Notes: generated by a model from the letters alone, not told the origin. A stretch of 64,000 nt of DNA from Fidelibacterota bacterium (GCA_016934035.1 JAFGTP010000011.1:60486-124485); one strand, 5' to 3'; positions 19,340-28,741 are shown, counted from the first letter of the stretch. Made by a program: numbers and translations.

Positions 19340-22300
19340 TTGAAGTGGTACGTTATGAAAAAGTGGGGAAATTTAATTTTTATTGGTGTTGCTATTCTGA
19401 ATTTCGCTTTCAGTAAAGAACAACCATTACATCTCATACCCCTGGATTTTAATCGGGCGATCCATTGTATTTATCAAGATTCAAACTATTATCTCTGGTT
19501 TGGTACAGATGATGGACTCTATCGGTATAACGGAAAAGATTATGTCGCCTACAAAATTGATCCTTATCAAAAGAATAGTATATCCGATGATAATATCACT
19601 GCCCTTTATGAAAATGGAAGTCGGGACCTGTTGATTGGGACAAAATTTGGCGGAATCAATAAATTTAATAGCAGTACGGAAAATTTTTTATCTTTTCAAA
19701 ATGACCTCATGTCCAGGGTTTCCATTCATGCAATATGTAATTTTCAGAATGAAATATTATTTGGGATTGATTCTGGATTATTCAGGCTGAAAAGTGAGAA
19801 TAGTGAATTGTCATACCAGGCTGTCCTTACCGGTTACACAATTACTGACATTTTATCTGTAGATGATCATTGTTTGATGGTTGCAACGGAAAATAACGGT
19901 TTTTTTCATTATGATAATTTTGAAAAGGAGGGTAGTGAAAAGGACCATTTTCTCAGTAATGTGGGAGTCAATTTTTTATTAAAGGTAAATAAAAATATTA
20001 TATTGATATCAACCAGGCAGGGGCTGTATTATTACAATTTGTCCGCAAAATCTCTTAAATCCATCGAGCACAAGGGAATAGTAAATTTATCCAGTGTTGA
20101 TAAAAATGCCATTACAATGGACCACCTCGGCAATATCTGGATAGGATTGGGGTATGAATTGCATCTGATTAGCACTTCTGACGACTTTAATTCCATTGAT
20201 ATTCAGTCCTTTGAACTGGATGTAGATAACCAGTTTTCAAAGGGAATTAATGCCTTGTATTTTGATCATAGCGGTGTCCTGTGGATCAACCTGAAAGGGA
20301 AAGGTTTATATAAATATTTCCCGTTACAAAAATTTTTGCATTTCAATATTGAAGAAGGATTGATGAGCAATATGATCTTTTCCGTCATTGAAAACAATTC
20401 CCATTCAATCCTGCTGGGCACCCATCATGGTTTATTTGTTTATGACCTGGAAGACCACCTTGTCGAAAGGATACCTGGAACGGAAGAACTGAATTTTCAG
20501 GTCATCACCGCTTTGTATAAAGATAGTTATCAAAACCTCTGGTGTGGCACGAATAATGGCCTCTACAAGTTTGGATCTTCCGGCGATCTTGTCCATTATA
20601 AACATTCCTCAAAGGAACTGAGCAGTATCAGTTCTGATTTTGTCTCCTCCATTGTTGGTGATCCGCTCAATGTTGGCGACCTTTGGATCGGTACTTCCGA
20701 CGGACTCAACCGCTATCGAAAAGAATATGACAATTTCATTCATTATTTTCATGACCAAAAGGATGAACATTCTATTGCCGGAAATAATATTTCCCATTTG
20801 TATTTTTCCCAAAAAAAGGACCTCTGGATCGGAACAGAGAATGAGGGACTGTCTAGATTAAATTGGGCAGAAATGAACAAATTTGACCCAAAATTTGTCA
20901 ATTATGGCGATGATATTACTCAAAAAGAAAGTATCAGCGATACCAAGATCACCTATATTTCCGAAAGCAATGACAGAATATGGATTGGAACTGAGAACGG
21001 CGGTTTGAATTCAATCGATACCCTAAACAACTTCAATCATTATCTTGAAACAAAGGGGCTTTTGGATAACCATATTTTGTCGATTTTATCCACTCAGGAT
21101 GATTTCCTCTGGATTGCAACACGGGACGGAATATCCAAATTCGATACTCGAAACCGTGTGTTTAAAAATTATTATTTCAAAGATGGTATAAAGAAGGGTG
21201 AATTTATTAATAAATCAGCCTGCATCACAAAAAATGGTAAAATTATTTTAGGTTCCAAAGCCGGCTTTACTTTTTTTCATCCGTCTCAGATTGTCAGCAA
21301 TATCAATCCGGCAGTTCCGCAGGTTGCCGGTGTTTATCTTTTTAACCAAAAAATAAAAAATGAAGATTTTAAAGGCCAGGGTGAAATTATCAAATTAAAA
21401 TATAACCAAAATGTTATCTCTTTTGAAATTTGTGCGCTTCACTATGTTTCTCCTCTTGAAAATATTATCGACTATTATCTCGAAGGTGTTGATGAGAGTT
21501 GGGGCAGATGTCGGAATTTTGAATACCTGACATATTCAAATTTAAAACCCGGTCAATATACTTTTCACATAAAAGTGGCTAATAATGACAATATCTGGAA
21601 TGAAAATGAAAAGAGCCTGAAAATTACGATAACTGCTCCGTTCTGGAGGACTTTTTGGTTTCAGTTTATTGTAATCTCTCTAATTGCAGGCCTGGCCTTT
21701 CTGTTCATCAAGCAACGTTTGAATGAGATTGAAAAGAAAAAATTTCATCTGGAAAAACAAATTGGGGATAAAATCAAAATCAATGAAGAACTTAATAAAG
21801 CCCTGGCAGAAGTAGAACAGTTGAAAATTAAACTTGAAAATGAAAACACTTATCTGAAAAAAGAAATTGAGGTCAGCGGCAATTCAAATTATAAAGAAAT
21901 CGTGACCAATAGTAAAAAGATGAATCATATTCTCGCCCAGGTGGATATCGCATCCGGTGCAGACCCGACTATTTTGATATTAGGCGAGTCAGGAACAGGA
22001 AAAGATCTCCTCGCTCATGCCATTCACAAAAGCAGTAATCGAAGCAAAGAGCCTTTTATCAAAGTTGATTGTGCCGCATTGCCCCCCAACCTTATTGAAT
22101 CAGAACTTTTCGGCCACGAAAAAGGTGCATTTACTTCAGCAAATATGCGTAAAATCGGGCGTTTTGAATTAGCCAACGGCGGGACAATTTTTCTGGATGA
22201 GATTGGAGAACTTCCGATCAAGGTGCAACAGAAATTATTGCGGGTCCTTCAAAGCGGAGAATTTGAACGACTCGGAAATTCTGTGACACTGAGAACCAAT

Positions 22301-22825
22301 ACACGCATCATTGCCGCAACAAACCGCAATCTTGAAGATGAAGTGAAAAAGGGACAATTTAGAGAGGACCTCTATTACAGGCTCAATGTCTTTCCGATCA
22401 ATATTCCGCCTTTGCGGGAAAGGATGGAAGATGTGCCCCTGCTCGTTCAGCATTTTATTGATAAATATGCTGGGAAATTCAATAAAACCATTACCAAAAT
22501 TCCGCAGAAAACCATCACTGCGCTGATGTCCTATTCCTGGCCCGGCAATATTCGTGAATTGGAAAATATCGTACAGCGGGCTATCATTATTAGCCGAGAC
22601 GACATACTGGAACTGGGTGATTGGTTTAAATCCAATCAACCCAATCGTGAAAACGATGATGAAAATATATTTATTTCTCTGGAAGAGATCCAAAAGCGCC
22701 ATATTGAAAGAATATTGGAATTTACCAATGGAAAAGTCAGCGGGGAAAACGGGGCTGCGGAAATTTTAAAAATTAACCCGAAAACTCTATTTAGCAGGAT
22801 GAAAAAATTAAATATAAATAACTAA
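19340..22825 (+). CDS. Membrane-anchored one-component sigma-54-dependent transcriptional activator with a periplasmic beta-propeller (two-component-regulator-propeller repeats)/Y_Y_Y sensor, then TM helix, coiled coil, AAA+ sigma-54 interaction domain and Fis-type HTH
   Basis: N-terminal signal/anchor. Repeated …LWFGTDDGL/…LLIGT/…IWIGT propeller repeats. Y_Y_Y-like segment (NLKPGQYTFHIKVANND). TM helix FWFQFIVISLIAGLAFLF. The AAA+ domain has Walker A ILILGESGTGKD, ELFGHEKGAFTSA (GAFTGA-type) and R-finger motifs. C-terminal HTH. No HisKA/HATPase or receiver segment is recognisable. Confidence 0.75.
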   Translation: MKWYVMKKWGNLIFIGVAILNFAFSKEQPLHLIPLDFNRAIHCIYQDSNYYLWFGTDDGLYRYNGKDYVAYKIDPYQKNSISDDNITALYENGSRDLLIGTKFGGINKFNSSTENFLSFQNDLMSRVSIHAICNFQNEILFGIDSGLFRLKSENSELSYQAVLTGYTITDILSVDDHCLMVATENNGFFHYDNFEKEGSEKDHFLSNVGVNFLLKVNKNIILISTRQGLYYYNLSAKSLKSIEHKGIVNLSSVDKNAITMDHLGNIWIGLGYELHLISTSDDFNSIDIQSFELDVDNQFSKGINALYFDHSGVLWINLKGKGLYKYFPLQKFLHFNIEEGLMSNMIFSVIENNSHSILLGTHHGLFVYDLEDHLVERIPGTEELNFQVITALYKDSYQNLWCGTNNGLYKFGSSGDLVHYKHSSKELSSISSDFVSSIVGDPLNVGDLWIGTSDGLNRYRKEYDNFIHYFHDQKDEHSIAGNNISHLYFSQKKDLWIGTENEGLSRLNWAEMNKFDPKFVNYGDDITQKESISDTKITYISESNDRIWIGTENGGLNSIDTLNNFNHYLETKGLLDNHILSILSTQDDFLWIATRDGISKFDTRNRVFKNYYFKDGIKKGEFINKSACITKNGKIILGSKAGFTFFHPSQIVSNINPAVPQVAGVYLFNQKIKNEDFKGQGEIIKLKYNQNVISFEICALHYVSPLENIIDYYLEGVDESWGRCRNFEYLTYSNLKPGQYTFHIKVANNDNIWNENEKSLKITITAPFWRTFWFQFIVISLIAGLAFLFIKQRLNEIEKKKFHLEKQIGDKIKINEELNKALAEVEQLKIKLENENTYLKKEIEVSGNSNYKEIVTNSKKMNHILAQVDIASGADPTILILGESGTGKDLLAHAIHKSSNRSKEPFIKVDCAALPPNLIESELFGHEKGAFTSANMRKIGRFELANGGTIFLDEIGELPIKVQQKLLRVLQSGEFERLGNSVTLRTNTRIIAATNRNLEDEVKKGQFREDLYYRLNVFPINIPPLRERMEDVPLLVQHFIDKYAGKFNKTITKIPQKTITALMSYSWPGNIRELENIVQRAIIISRDDILELGDWFKSNQPNRENDDENIFISLEEIQKRHIERILEFTNGKVSGENGAAEILKINPKTLFSRMKKLNINN

Positions 22826-22842
22826 CTATTTAAAAATCAGGA

Positions 22843-23622
22843 TTGGGTATGGTATCTGCAAAAAAAATTATCCGCATAATGGATAAATACAAGCTGGAGA
22901 AATTGTTGCTGTCACCACAGCATCACAATATTGAAAATGGGTCCTATGACTGGTTACTGGGCCTTTTCCCTGATATGGATCCACTGAAGATGAAATTAAA
23001 AATTGATTCCATATTTAAAAGTCAGAAAGTCAATTCAAATTTTGATATGAAAAACCAGGAGTTCATCAATGCTTGTTGTCTTGAAAATAACAGGCTTAAA
23101 TTAATCTATACAATTGATATTGGTAATGATGATATTATAAGAAAATTACAATCAGAATTTGGAAAATCGCCATTTTCTGCCTTGAAAATAAATAATTTGT
23201 TTTCTTCTCTGGACCGGAATAATCAAAATCTTTTCAGGGTAATTAATTTCTGTCGCATCAATGAAATGCCGCTACTGCTCTATGCCTATAAAAAAGCTGA
23301 CTGTGAAATTATCCGCAATCTTGCGGCTGAAAACCAATCCAACACCTTTATGATAGCCAGCATGAGCGGATTGGAATTTTTTGAACTTTATCGGGATTTG
23401 CCCGTGAACCTATTCTGTGAAATAAATAATTTAAACCTTGTTTCTGATTACAGGTTACTAAAAGCCCTGAATATATTTGGTCCCGGTCATTTGGTCTTTA
23501 GTTTTGAGGCCATCAATGAAGATAATCTCAGACACTCTATCATCAGAATCTGCAATCTGGCTGTTCCGGAAACTGTAAAAAGAAGAATTCTGGCGTTGAA
23601 TATTGAGACCTTGTTGAATTAA
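22843..23622 (+). CDS. Hypothetical cytoplasmic protein
   Basis: ORF of 259 aa starting 17 nt after the activator gene. No recognisable motifs. Confidence 0.35.
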   Translation: MGMVSAKKIIRIMDKYKLEKLLLSPQHHNIENGSYDWLLGLFPDMDPLKMKLKIDSIFKSQKVNSNFDMKNQEFINACCLENNRLKLIYTIDIGNDDIIRKLQSEFGKSPFSALKINNLFSSLDRNNQNLFRVINFCRINEMPLLLYAYKKADCEIIRNLAAENQSNTFMIASMSGLEFFELYRDLPVNLFCEINNLNLVSDYRLLKALNIFGPGHLVFSFEAINEDNLRHSIIRICNLAVPETVKRRILALNIETLLN

Positions 23623-23625
23623 TAT

Positions 23626-23645
23626 TTCTGAAATATCAGAAATAT
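23626..23645. promoter_or_regulatory. Perfect inverted repeat ATTTCTGA-AATA-TCAGAAAT (candidate transcription-factor operator or upstream activating sequence)
   Basis: Read directly. The same unit (TTCTGAAAT) recurs at 24326-24344 and many times in 29146-29299. Confidence 0.35.
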
Positions 23646-23777
23646 CTATAATATCCTAAAACAGTAACAATAATTTCCTGTAAATACTTTAAGAAATTAG
23701 TAATTTTTTTTAATTCCTTAAAAAAAATACGTCGGAAAATGAATTTCTCTTAGGGTTTTGAGGTCAAACAGAAATTT

Positions 23778-23865
23778 TTGGCATTTGAATTGTTAATAAC
23801 TCTATCACGTACCATACTAATCCACAGAAAAAGGAAGATGCACCCCGCACTTCCTTTTTCTTTTT
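23778..23865 (+). promoter_or_regulatory. Module A: sigma-54-like -24/-12 element (TTGGCAT-N5-TTGTT), conserved box GTACCATACTAATCC, and terminator-like hairpin plus T-tract. Candidate small RNA gene or attenuator
   Basis: TTGGCAT lies at 23778-23784 and TTGTT at 23790-23794. The box is at 23809-23823. Hairpin GAAAAAGGAAG/CTTCCTTTTT spans 23827-23859 and is followed by CTTTTT. A near-identical module lies at 28845-28932. Confidence 0.3.
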
Positions 23866-24150
23866 ACTGTGAATAAAAATCCAAAAACTAACCTAAATAA
23901 AAAATATTTTGAAAAAAACTGGATTAAATCGGACTACCCTGAGGGCTTTGAGTGTTGATTGTTCGGCTTTTTGGATTGTAAATGAACATTTTCGTTGTGA
24001 TTAGTTGCGGATAGCGAAAAGGCCCTAATACCAGGAATATTCAATAGAAATGCATCAGTAGATAAAATAATTTCAGACTACGTAACCGAATTTTCTTCAT
24101 TTTGTATTACCATAACTTTTAAGCCCTCGATTATCTTTATACTCAAATCC

Positions 24151-24187
24151 GGGCTTTAACCCGATAACGGTTTATGGGTTAAAGCCC
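24151..24187. other. Perfect 12-bp stem hairpin GGGCTTTAACCC-(13 nt)-GGGTTAAAGCCC in the long non-coding leader
   Basis: Read directly. There is no adjacent T-run, so it is not a classic terminator. The upstream TTTTAAGCCC at 24118-24127 could pair alternatively with the 5' arm. Confidence 0.4.
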
Positions 24188-24468
24188 ATTAAAAATGAAA
24201 TTCCATGTTACGAGTTATTCCTCGTGGCAATTCATACACACTTTTTCCAATATGTAATCCGGGATAATACATAGTTAAATAAAGCACCTTGTTCCAATCT
24301 TTTTTTGAAAAGGCAAACGATTAAATCCGAAATTTCAGAAAAAACCTAAATATCAGATAGTTCACTGCCTTATTTAATTGTTTTAATTTGATTGAATATA
24401 TTAGTAATTAACTGATTAATAGTAAATTATCATTTTATTTTGGGACCTTGTTTTAGAATATTGATCTT

Positions 24469-24523
24469 TTGGTACTCAAATTGGATGAGTAGAAATCGGA
24501 TGATAAGGGATTAATGTAAGGGG
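24469..24523 (+). promoter_or_regulatory. Proximal promoter/leader of SusC-like gene A: TTGGTAC-N5-TTGGA followed by conserved leader box GGATTAATGTAAGGGG
   Basis: The same architecture lies upstream of the second SusC-like gene (29382-29426). A strong RBS AAAGGAGGAAGGT sits before the ATG at 24584. Confidence 0.3.
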
Positions 24524-24583
24524 ACCCACCAATCACACCGTTTTACATTAATCACAAGTAAATAAAACATAAAGGAGGAAGGT

Positions 24584-27484
24584 ATGGCGAAATACTTGAT
24601 TTCGTTATTTCTTGTCCTGGTTCTATTCTGTCCATTAATTGCCCAGGATAGAATTTCAGGAACAGTGATCGATGATGTCACAGATGAACCGCTTGTGGCA
24701 GCAAATGTATTGATAAAGGGAACATCTGTGGGCACAGCCACGGATGAAGAAGGTCGGTTCTTTTTAAATTACAGCAACAATGAGGGGTTTACGTTGCAGG
24801 TATTCTATATGGGATACAAAATGAAAGAAGTTGTCTTTGAGCCGGGATCTGGTCTGGCTAACATTTTAGTTAGAATGCAGGAAGATGTGTTTAAAGGACA
24901 GGAAGTTGTGGTCACAGGCATTGCTTCTCAAATATCACGGGAGATAGCACCAGTCTCTGTAGGTTCGGTTGATGCAACAAAACTGACGGATTTAAACGCC
25001 TACTCGGATATTGCCCAATTGCTCAACGGGAAAATTTCCGGTACTAAAATCACATCTTCCAGTGGAAATGTGGGCGGGGGATATCGCTTTGATATTCGTT
25101 CCGGTGGCGGTCTCAACGGAGATGGTCAGCCCGTTATCTATGTAGACGGCATTCGTATTGACAATTCAGAGATTGAAACCCGTTACAGCAAAGGGGGACA
25201 GGAAATCAGCATGATGGCTTCTCTTAATCCTTCAGAAATTGCAAATATTGAAATTCTGAAAGGTCCGGCTGCTGCAGCGACCTATGGAACGGACGGTTCT
25301 AATGGAGTTGTCCTCATTACAACCAAAAAGGGACAACTGGTCCAGGGCGGAAAAGGATATTCTATCAACTATAATTATAAATTTGGTACCAATTCCCAAT
25401 CCTATCAATACACCAAAGATGATGTTGTTTCCTACAAGGCCGCCAATTCTGTTTTCAAAGATGGTGATTTTGTGGGTCATGACCTCAGTATTTCCGGTGG
25501 TAATAAAGCAACAAAATACTTTTTTACCATGGGTATCCAGGATGAAGAAGGGATTATGGTTAACAATTTTCATAATCGTAAAAATATGCGTCTGAATGTT
25601 GACGCTGTGGCCAGTGAACAATTAAACCTGTCCGCAACCATTGCCATGAACCAGTCAGAACTGGCCCGTCCGGAAAATGATGATAATATTTATGGATGGG
25701 GTGGAAATACACTTTTAAGGCCCACACCCTGGGGTTGGCTGGACAGCATTGAAATTGCGGCGGCTGAAGAAAATATTGACATTAAAAAAATGTCCGGTAG
25801 TTTCAAGGCAACTTACAGGCCCTTCAAAAATTTTTCAATCAATGGATCCATTGGAGCGGAACATTCAAATATGAACCATTATTCCTATTACCCGCCATGG
25901 GGAGATTATCTCTATACCAATGGTTCTAAACAACTGACAGACCGATTCAATACACAGTTTACCTACACTTGGTATGCCGGATATAAATACAATATTCTGG
26001 AAGGCTTTACCGGAAACACCAAAGTTGGCGGCCAGTTATTCGATCAGGAACTGAGAAGAAATTATTTGGCCATTGATTCATTGTCATCAGATAAACTGAA
26101 AGATATTGGTTCTGCAAACGGTGAAGATTTTCTGGACGATTATGGTGAAAACTATGCGACCTTTCGAACTGCAGGGTTATTTTTGGATAATGCATTTAAT
26201 TTTCAGGATAAATTGTTTATAGGGGCCAGTATCCGGCAGGATTTTGCCAGTTCTTTATCGCCCAAAGCACCGAATATCATTTACCCCCAGGCTAATGTTG
26301 CAATCAGACTGGACCGGTTTGGATTGACACCCGGCCTGATTGATATGGCAAAAATCAGATTAGCCTACGGTGAAACAGGGCAGTTGCCGGGATCAACCCA
26401 GTCAACTCCATTGATATGGGCAGCTGAACAGTCGGGATATGGTGGTGGGCTAACGGTATCGGAAATTGGAAACAACAAACTGGAACCGGAAAGAATCAAG
26501 GAATTGGAAATCGGACTGGATTTGGGGCTTTTCAACCGCTACAAAATCGAAGCTTCTTATGCCAAAATGAACGCTGAAAATTCAATCGTGGGTAGAAATC
26601 TGGCGCCTTCAACCGGACTGGTGGTCACAGCTTTTCCTGATAATATCGGAAAAATTGAAGGACACTCCTTTGAGCTTGGCCTGGATGCAGTACTGGTCAA
26701 TGAAAAAAATGTTCGTCTTGAGATCAACCAGAGAAATTCATGGCAGAAAGATGAGATTACGATAATGCCGGAACCATCCTATACCAATGACATCCAGGTT
26801 CTGATGGAAGGTAAATCCAGATGGACGTTCTTTGATGAGAAAGTAGATTCCATCATGTATGATGAAAATGGAAAGTTTCTGGACTACCGTATATCCACAG
26901 ATAAGAAAGACCTGGGAGATGCCATACCCGATTATTTTGGTTCTTTGTCGATGAACCTTACCTTGTTCCGACATGTGAATATCTATGGATTATTGGATTG
27001 GCAGACTGGTGTCAAAGTCTATAATTTTACCAAGGTCTATCAAACTTTTTTTGGCAACAATGTGGCCTATAATGAAGCCACTGCCCTGGTGGATTCTCTT
27101 AATGCCATTGATGGGTATGATTATCATTCCGGAAAATACAAAAAAGCGGTTAAAGATTATGTGAAATACGATGCGGTTTTTTATGGTTCAAGGGCCGCTT
27201 TTATTGAAAATGGCGATTACCTGAAAATCAGAGAATTGAGCATCAGTTATGACGCCTCCCATTTACTGAAAAAATATCTGCCCAATGCAGGGATTGAAAG
27301 ACTGGCTTTTTCTTTTACAGCAAATAATCTCATTACATGGACGAAATATTCCGGTGCTGATCCCGAGGTCAATTCCACCGGCTCAACTGTAGATGGCGGT
27401 GAGACCTATGTTACCAGAAATGAAGATTTTTTGACAATGCAGCATCCTAAGAGGATTGCATTTTCAATACAATTGGGTTTATAG
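24584..27484 (+). CDS. SusC/RagA-like TonB-dependent outer-membrane receptor
   Basis: Signal peptide. Carboxypeptidase-regulatory-like N-domain (ISGTVIDDVTDEPLVAANVLIKGTSVGTATDEEGRF). Plug region and a long beta-barrel ending in an aromatic-rich C-terminus. A SusD-like gene follows. Confidence 0.85.
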   Translation: MAKYLISLFLVLVLFCPLIAQDRISGTVIDDVTDEPLVAANVLIKGTSVGTATDEEGRFFLNYSNNEGFTLQVFYMGYKMKEVVFEPGSGLANILVRMQEDVFKGQEVVVTGIASQISREIAPVSVGSVDATKLTDLNAYSDIAQLLNGKISGTKITSSSGNVGGGYRFDIRSGGGLNGDGQPVIYVDGIRIDNSEIETRYSKGGQEISMMASLNPSEIANIEILKGPAAAATYGTDGSNGVVLITTKKGQLVQGGKGYSINYNYKFGTNSQSYQYTKDDVVSYKAANSVFKDGDFVGHDLSISGGNKATKYFFTMGIQDEEGIMVNNFHNRKNMRLNVDAVASEQLNLSATIAMNQSELARPENDDNIYGWGGNTLLRPTPWGWLDSIEIAAAEENIDIKKMSGSFKATYRPFKNFSINGSIGAEHSNMNHYSYYPPWGDYLYTNGSKQLTDRFNTQFTYTWYAGYKYNILEGFTGNTKVGGQLFDQELRRNYLAIDSLSSDKLKDIGSANGEDFLDDYGENYATFRTAGLFLDNAFNFQDKLFIGASIRQDFASSLSPKAPNIIYPQANVAIRLDRFGLTPGLIDMAKIRLAYGETGQLPGSTQSTPLIWAAEQSGYGGGLTVSEIGNNKLEPERIKELEIGLDLGLFNRYKIEASYAKMNAENSIVGRNLAPSTGLVVTAFPDNIGKIEGHSFELGLDAVLVNEKNVRLEINQRNSWQKDEITIMPEPSYTNDIQVLMEGKSRWTFFDEKVDSIMYDENGKFLDYRISTDKKDLGDAIPDYFGSLSMNLTLFRHVNIYGLLDWQTGVKVYNFTKVYQTFFGNNVAYNEATALVDSLNAIDGYDYHSGKYKKAVKDYVKYDAVFYGSRAAFIENGDYLKIRELSISYDASHLLKKYLPNAGIERLAFSFTANNLITWTKYSGADPEVNSTGSTVDGGETYVTRNEDFLTMQHPKRIAFSIQLGL

Positions 27485-27493
27485 GAGGTTTAT

Positions 27494-28741
27494 ATGAAAA
27501 ATATTAAAATAATTTTATTGCCGGTTTTACTCTTCTCAATAGTCATGGTGTCCTGTGAAGATTGGGTCCAGGATTTACCTCCCCGCGAGGATATTATTGA
27601 AGATGATGTTCTGGTAGATGAAGCCGATATCGATTTACTGGTTCTGGGTATCAAGACCAATTTTTCTTCAACTATTGAGCGGTCCTCGCTCTATTCGGAA
27701 ATATTGGGAGATGCTGTAATTAATGGTCGCTATGTTTGTCAGGATGCCACTTATGATGTCTGGCGCGAACTTGAAGAAGGTGATATTCAATTAAACAATG
27801 CGGCGGTTGACGGGCTTTCCACAAATATTGGAGAAATGTGGCACTGTGCCACCAATCTCGTCGATCGTATCACCAATCGAATGGGAGAAATCAGTGAAGA
27901 AAAGAAAAATTATGGGCTTTTCAACGGCCATCTGTTTGAAGGCATTGCTTATGAGATTTATGCCAATTATTATGGTCTGAATGAAGAAGAAGGCGGTGGA
28001 TGTATCAACTCCGGGCCTTTTACCAATTCAGGGCAGCTCTTTGATATGGCCCTGAATAAATATGAAGAGGCCCTCAATTTTACCAGTGATCCCTGGGAAA
28101 TCCGGGTGGTGAATTCACTGATGGCCAGGTGTTATTTATATAAAGGTGATTATTCCGGTTCCAGGATATGTGGAGCACTGGGTTTGACAGAAGGTGACCA
28201 GCCCTTTGAGGCGCTTTATGTTCAGTCCTCGGATAATTATTGGTGGCAGCAAGCCAGCATTGGACTTCGTGTCCAGGTCATTGTGGATAACAGGTTTGCT
28301 CAGTATATCGATGAGGATCCCAACGAAGCCAACCGCATTCCGCTTTATGAATTGCCTGACGAATTAAATGTGTCAGAAGATACTGCGGCGGTTTATTGGA
28401 CCCAGGGTAAGTATATTGAGGCAGATGCGCCTATCGCTTTTATCACCTGGCAGGAGACCTATCTGATCCTGGCTGAACTGGCTGCAATAAGAGGACAATC
28501 GGGCAATGCCCTTGATGCTGTCAATGCAGTTCGTGGCAGTCATGGAATTGATCCGGTGTCCGAAGTCAATCGTGATTTGATCATCACAGAGCGGGATAAA
28601 GAATTATTTACCACAGGTGCAAGGCTGATCGATCAGCGTCGTTTTGATCTATGGCATTTGCCCTCCGGTACATGGAAGTATCTCCCAATCACGGAAAGTG
28701 AACGAAATGCCAATGATAATTTGCCCAATGTCGGTGAATAA
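27494..28741 (+). CDS. SusD/RagB-like lipoprotein
   Basis: Lipobox VMVSC. Sits immediately after the SusC-like gene. C-terminus …RRFDLWHLPSGTWKYLPITESERNANDNLPNVGE matches the SusD-family C-terminal LPIP-x-SE-x-NPNL-type tail. Confidence 0.7.
   Translation: MKNIKIILLPVLLFSIVMVSCEDWVQDLPPREDIIEDDVLVDEADIDLLVLGIKTNFSSTIERSSLYSEILGDAVINGRYVCQDATYDVWRELEEGDIQLNNAAVDGLSTNIGEMWHCATNLVDRITNRMGEISEEKKNYGLFNGHLFEGIAYEIYANYYGLNEEEGGGCINSGPFTNSGQLFDMALNKYEEALNFTSDPWEIRVVNSLMARCYLYKGDYSGSRICGALGLTEGDQPFEALYVQSSDNYWWQQASIGLRVQVIVDNRFAQYIDEDPNEANRIPLYELPDELNVSEDTAAVYWTQGKYIEADAPIAFITWQETYLILAELAAIRGQSGNALDAVNAVRGSHGIDPVSEVNRDLIITERDKELFTTGARLIDQRRFDLWHLPSGTWKYLPITESERNANDNLPNVGE

Noticed and set aside
23623-24583. 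Possibility that the 960-bp ORF-free region encodes a known housekeeping ncRNA (tmRNA, RNase P, SRP, 6S)
   Set aside because: No tRNA-like 3' end, no RNase P conserved GGAAAGUCCGG-type helix, and no SRP domain IV motif were seen. Only the novel module and hairpins described in the findings are present.
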